A stretch of DNA of 64,000 nucleotides. Origin: an uncultured delta proteobacterium (GTDB taxonomy: Bacteria; Desulfobacterota; Binatia; Binatales; Binataceae). This document shows, piece by piece, positions 63,292 to 64,000 of this stretch. A model generated the notes under the pieces. That model searched no databases. It was not told the origin of the DNA and saw only the letters and a program-made list of their open reading frames with translations. Where the stretch lies: contig CAVVMA010000007.1 of the NCBI GenBank assembly GCA_963749215.1, forward strand, positions 35,034-99,033. The letters run 5' to 3'. Numbering within the stretch: position 1 is the stretch's first letter; each line of letters begins with the position of its first letter. A program made the position numbers and the translations under genes.

Positions 63292-64000
63292 TATGCGCGG
63301 TGGTTGTGGGCGTGACGGATCGATTCGCGGATCGATCCGGTCGCCCGGCTCTTTCCAGTGATCCGGCTCGCCCCGTTCTTTCCGGCCGGGTGAGGTCCGT
63401 TGCCGTTGCGCAGATGTTTGCCGAGGTCGCGCGCGCCCGCCGCGTCTTCCGCCGACGCGCCGGAGGGCCGGAGAATGACCTTCCGATCGAGCAACCTGGC
63501 CAGGAGATCGGCGCGGCGCTGAGAGGTCCACAGTTCCAGGGCCGCGTCGGCGGCGCCCGAGTCCACCGCGAAGACCAATCCTCCCGATTCCTGTCTGATC
63601 GCCACGCTGCGGACCACGTTGGAATGGCTGCGGTCGAGCGCGTCGGCGACCCGCAATATCGCCGCGAGCCCGCGCACCGTCCGCCGCTTCTCGCGCGACA
63701 GCACGTCGAGCTCCGGCGAATCGAGCTTCGCCGATTGCTTTCGATGCGACCGCGCGGCGAGCGCGATGACTTCCACCTCGATCGGATCGAAGCCGAACAA
63801 GTCGCCGTTTTTGATCAGGTAGTAGGTGTGATGGTGATGGCGATCGTGATCGATCGCGTGACCGATGTCGTGGAGAAGCGCGGCGTATTCGAGCAGCTCG
63901 CGGGCTTCGGGAGCCAGCGCGAGCGAATCCGCGCATCCGTCGTAAATCTGAAGCGCCAGGCGCGCGGTCTGCCGTCCGTGCACATTGCCGCCGGAGAAGC
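63291..64000 (-). CDS. ppx: Exopolyphosphatase / guanosine pentaphosphate phosphohydrolase (Ppx/GppA family), C-terminal part. The 5' end lies beyond the window.
   Basis: LHDIGHAIDHDRHHHHTYYLIKNGDLFGFDPIEVEVIA is the Ppx/GppA C-terminal HD-like domain. The ORF is open to the window edge. Confidence 0.7.
   Translation of the reverse strand, partial: FSGGNVHGRQTARLALQIYDGCADSLALAPEARELLEYAALLHDIGHAIDHDRHHHHTYYLIKNGDLFGFDPIEVEVIALAARSHRKQSAKLDSPELDVLSREKRRTVRGLAAILRVADALDRSHSNVVRSVAIRQESGGLVFAVDSGAADAALELWTSQRRADLLARLLDRKVILRPSGASAEDAAGARDLGKHLRNGNGPHPAGKNGASRITGKSRATGSIRESIRHAHNHRA

Overview
This is a high-GC (~65%) chromosomal window from what looks like a soil-type bacterium (Acidobacteria-like). 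It is mostly housekeeping and metabolic genes with a few accessory insertions. No CRISPR array, tRNA, rRNA, transposase or integrase was detected. A 5'-truncated, frameshifted TolB_N/TPR gene fragment (1-1453) is followed by a full-length paralog carrying a class III adenylate/guanylate cyclase domain. Next come an AsmA-family membrane protein, peroxiredoxin Bcp, a conserved hypothetical and pyruvoyl-dependent arginine decarboxylase. A minus-strand operon for propionyl-CoA metabolism holds the carboxyltransferase, biotin carboxylase, biotin-carrier protein and the catalytic subunit of methylmalonyl-CoA mutase. An MFS transporter, a P450 and an enoyl-CoA hydratase follow. A compact restriction-modification module of lower GC sits at 18.5-21.0 kb. 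It has an Eco29kI-like GIY-YIG endonuclease, a convergent amino-methyltransferase and a small ribbon-helix-helix (RHH) protein behind a near-consensus promoter. After an FGGY sugar kinase there is a cluster of predicted secreted or cell-surface proteins. It contains two large Kelch beta-propeller proteins, an alpha/beta hydrolase and a secreted protein that shares their C-terminal Ig-like module. Further on are a SAM methyltransferase, a vapBC toxin-antitoxin pair, and recR-ybaB-dnaX with an unlisted SRP RNA (ffs) gene just upstream of dnaX. The aguB-aguA pair completes an arginine-to-putrescine route. Then come a GPH-type transporter with a long structured leader, SDR, TetR, and a Tat-signal aldo/keto reductase with a C-terminal Fe-S domain (frameshifted). 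gloB, fabI, an MBL hydrolase, two tandem paralogous lipoproteins, a DsbA/SurA_N-like protein and a UvrD-type helicase (frameshifted) follow. An RND efflux operon runs permease-adaptor-TolC. A phosphate-related cluster closes the window: porin, pstS, an ArsC/LMW-phosphatase-like gene whose catalytic Cys is replaced by Asp, rluA and a partial ppx. Several genes carry single-nucleotide frameshifts located at (GC)n runs, which probably reflects assembly error. A REP-like palindrome family (CCCTCTCCC...GGGAGAGGG) recurs in intergenic spacers.
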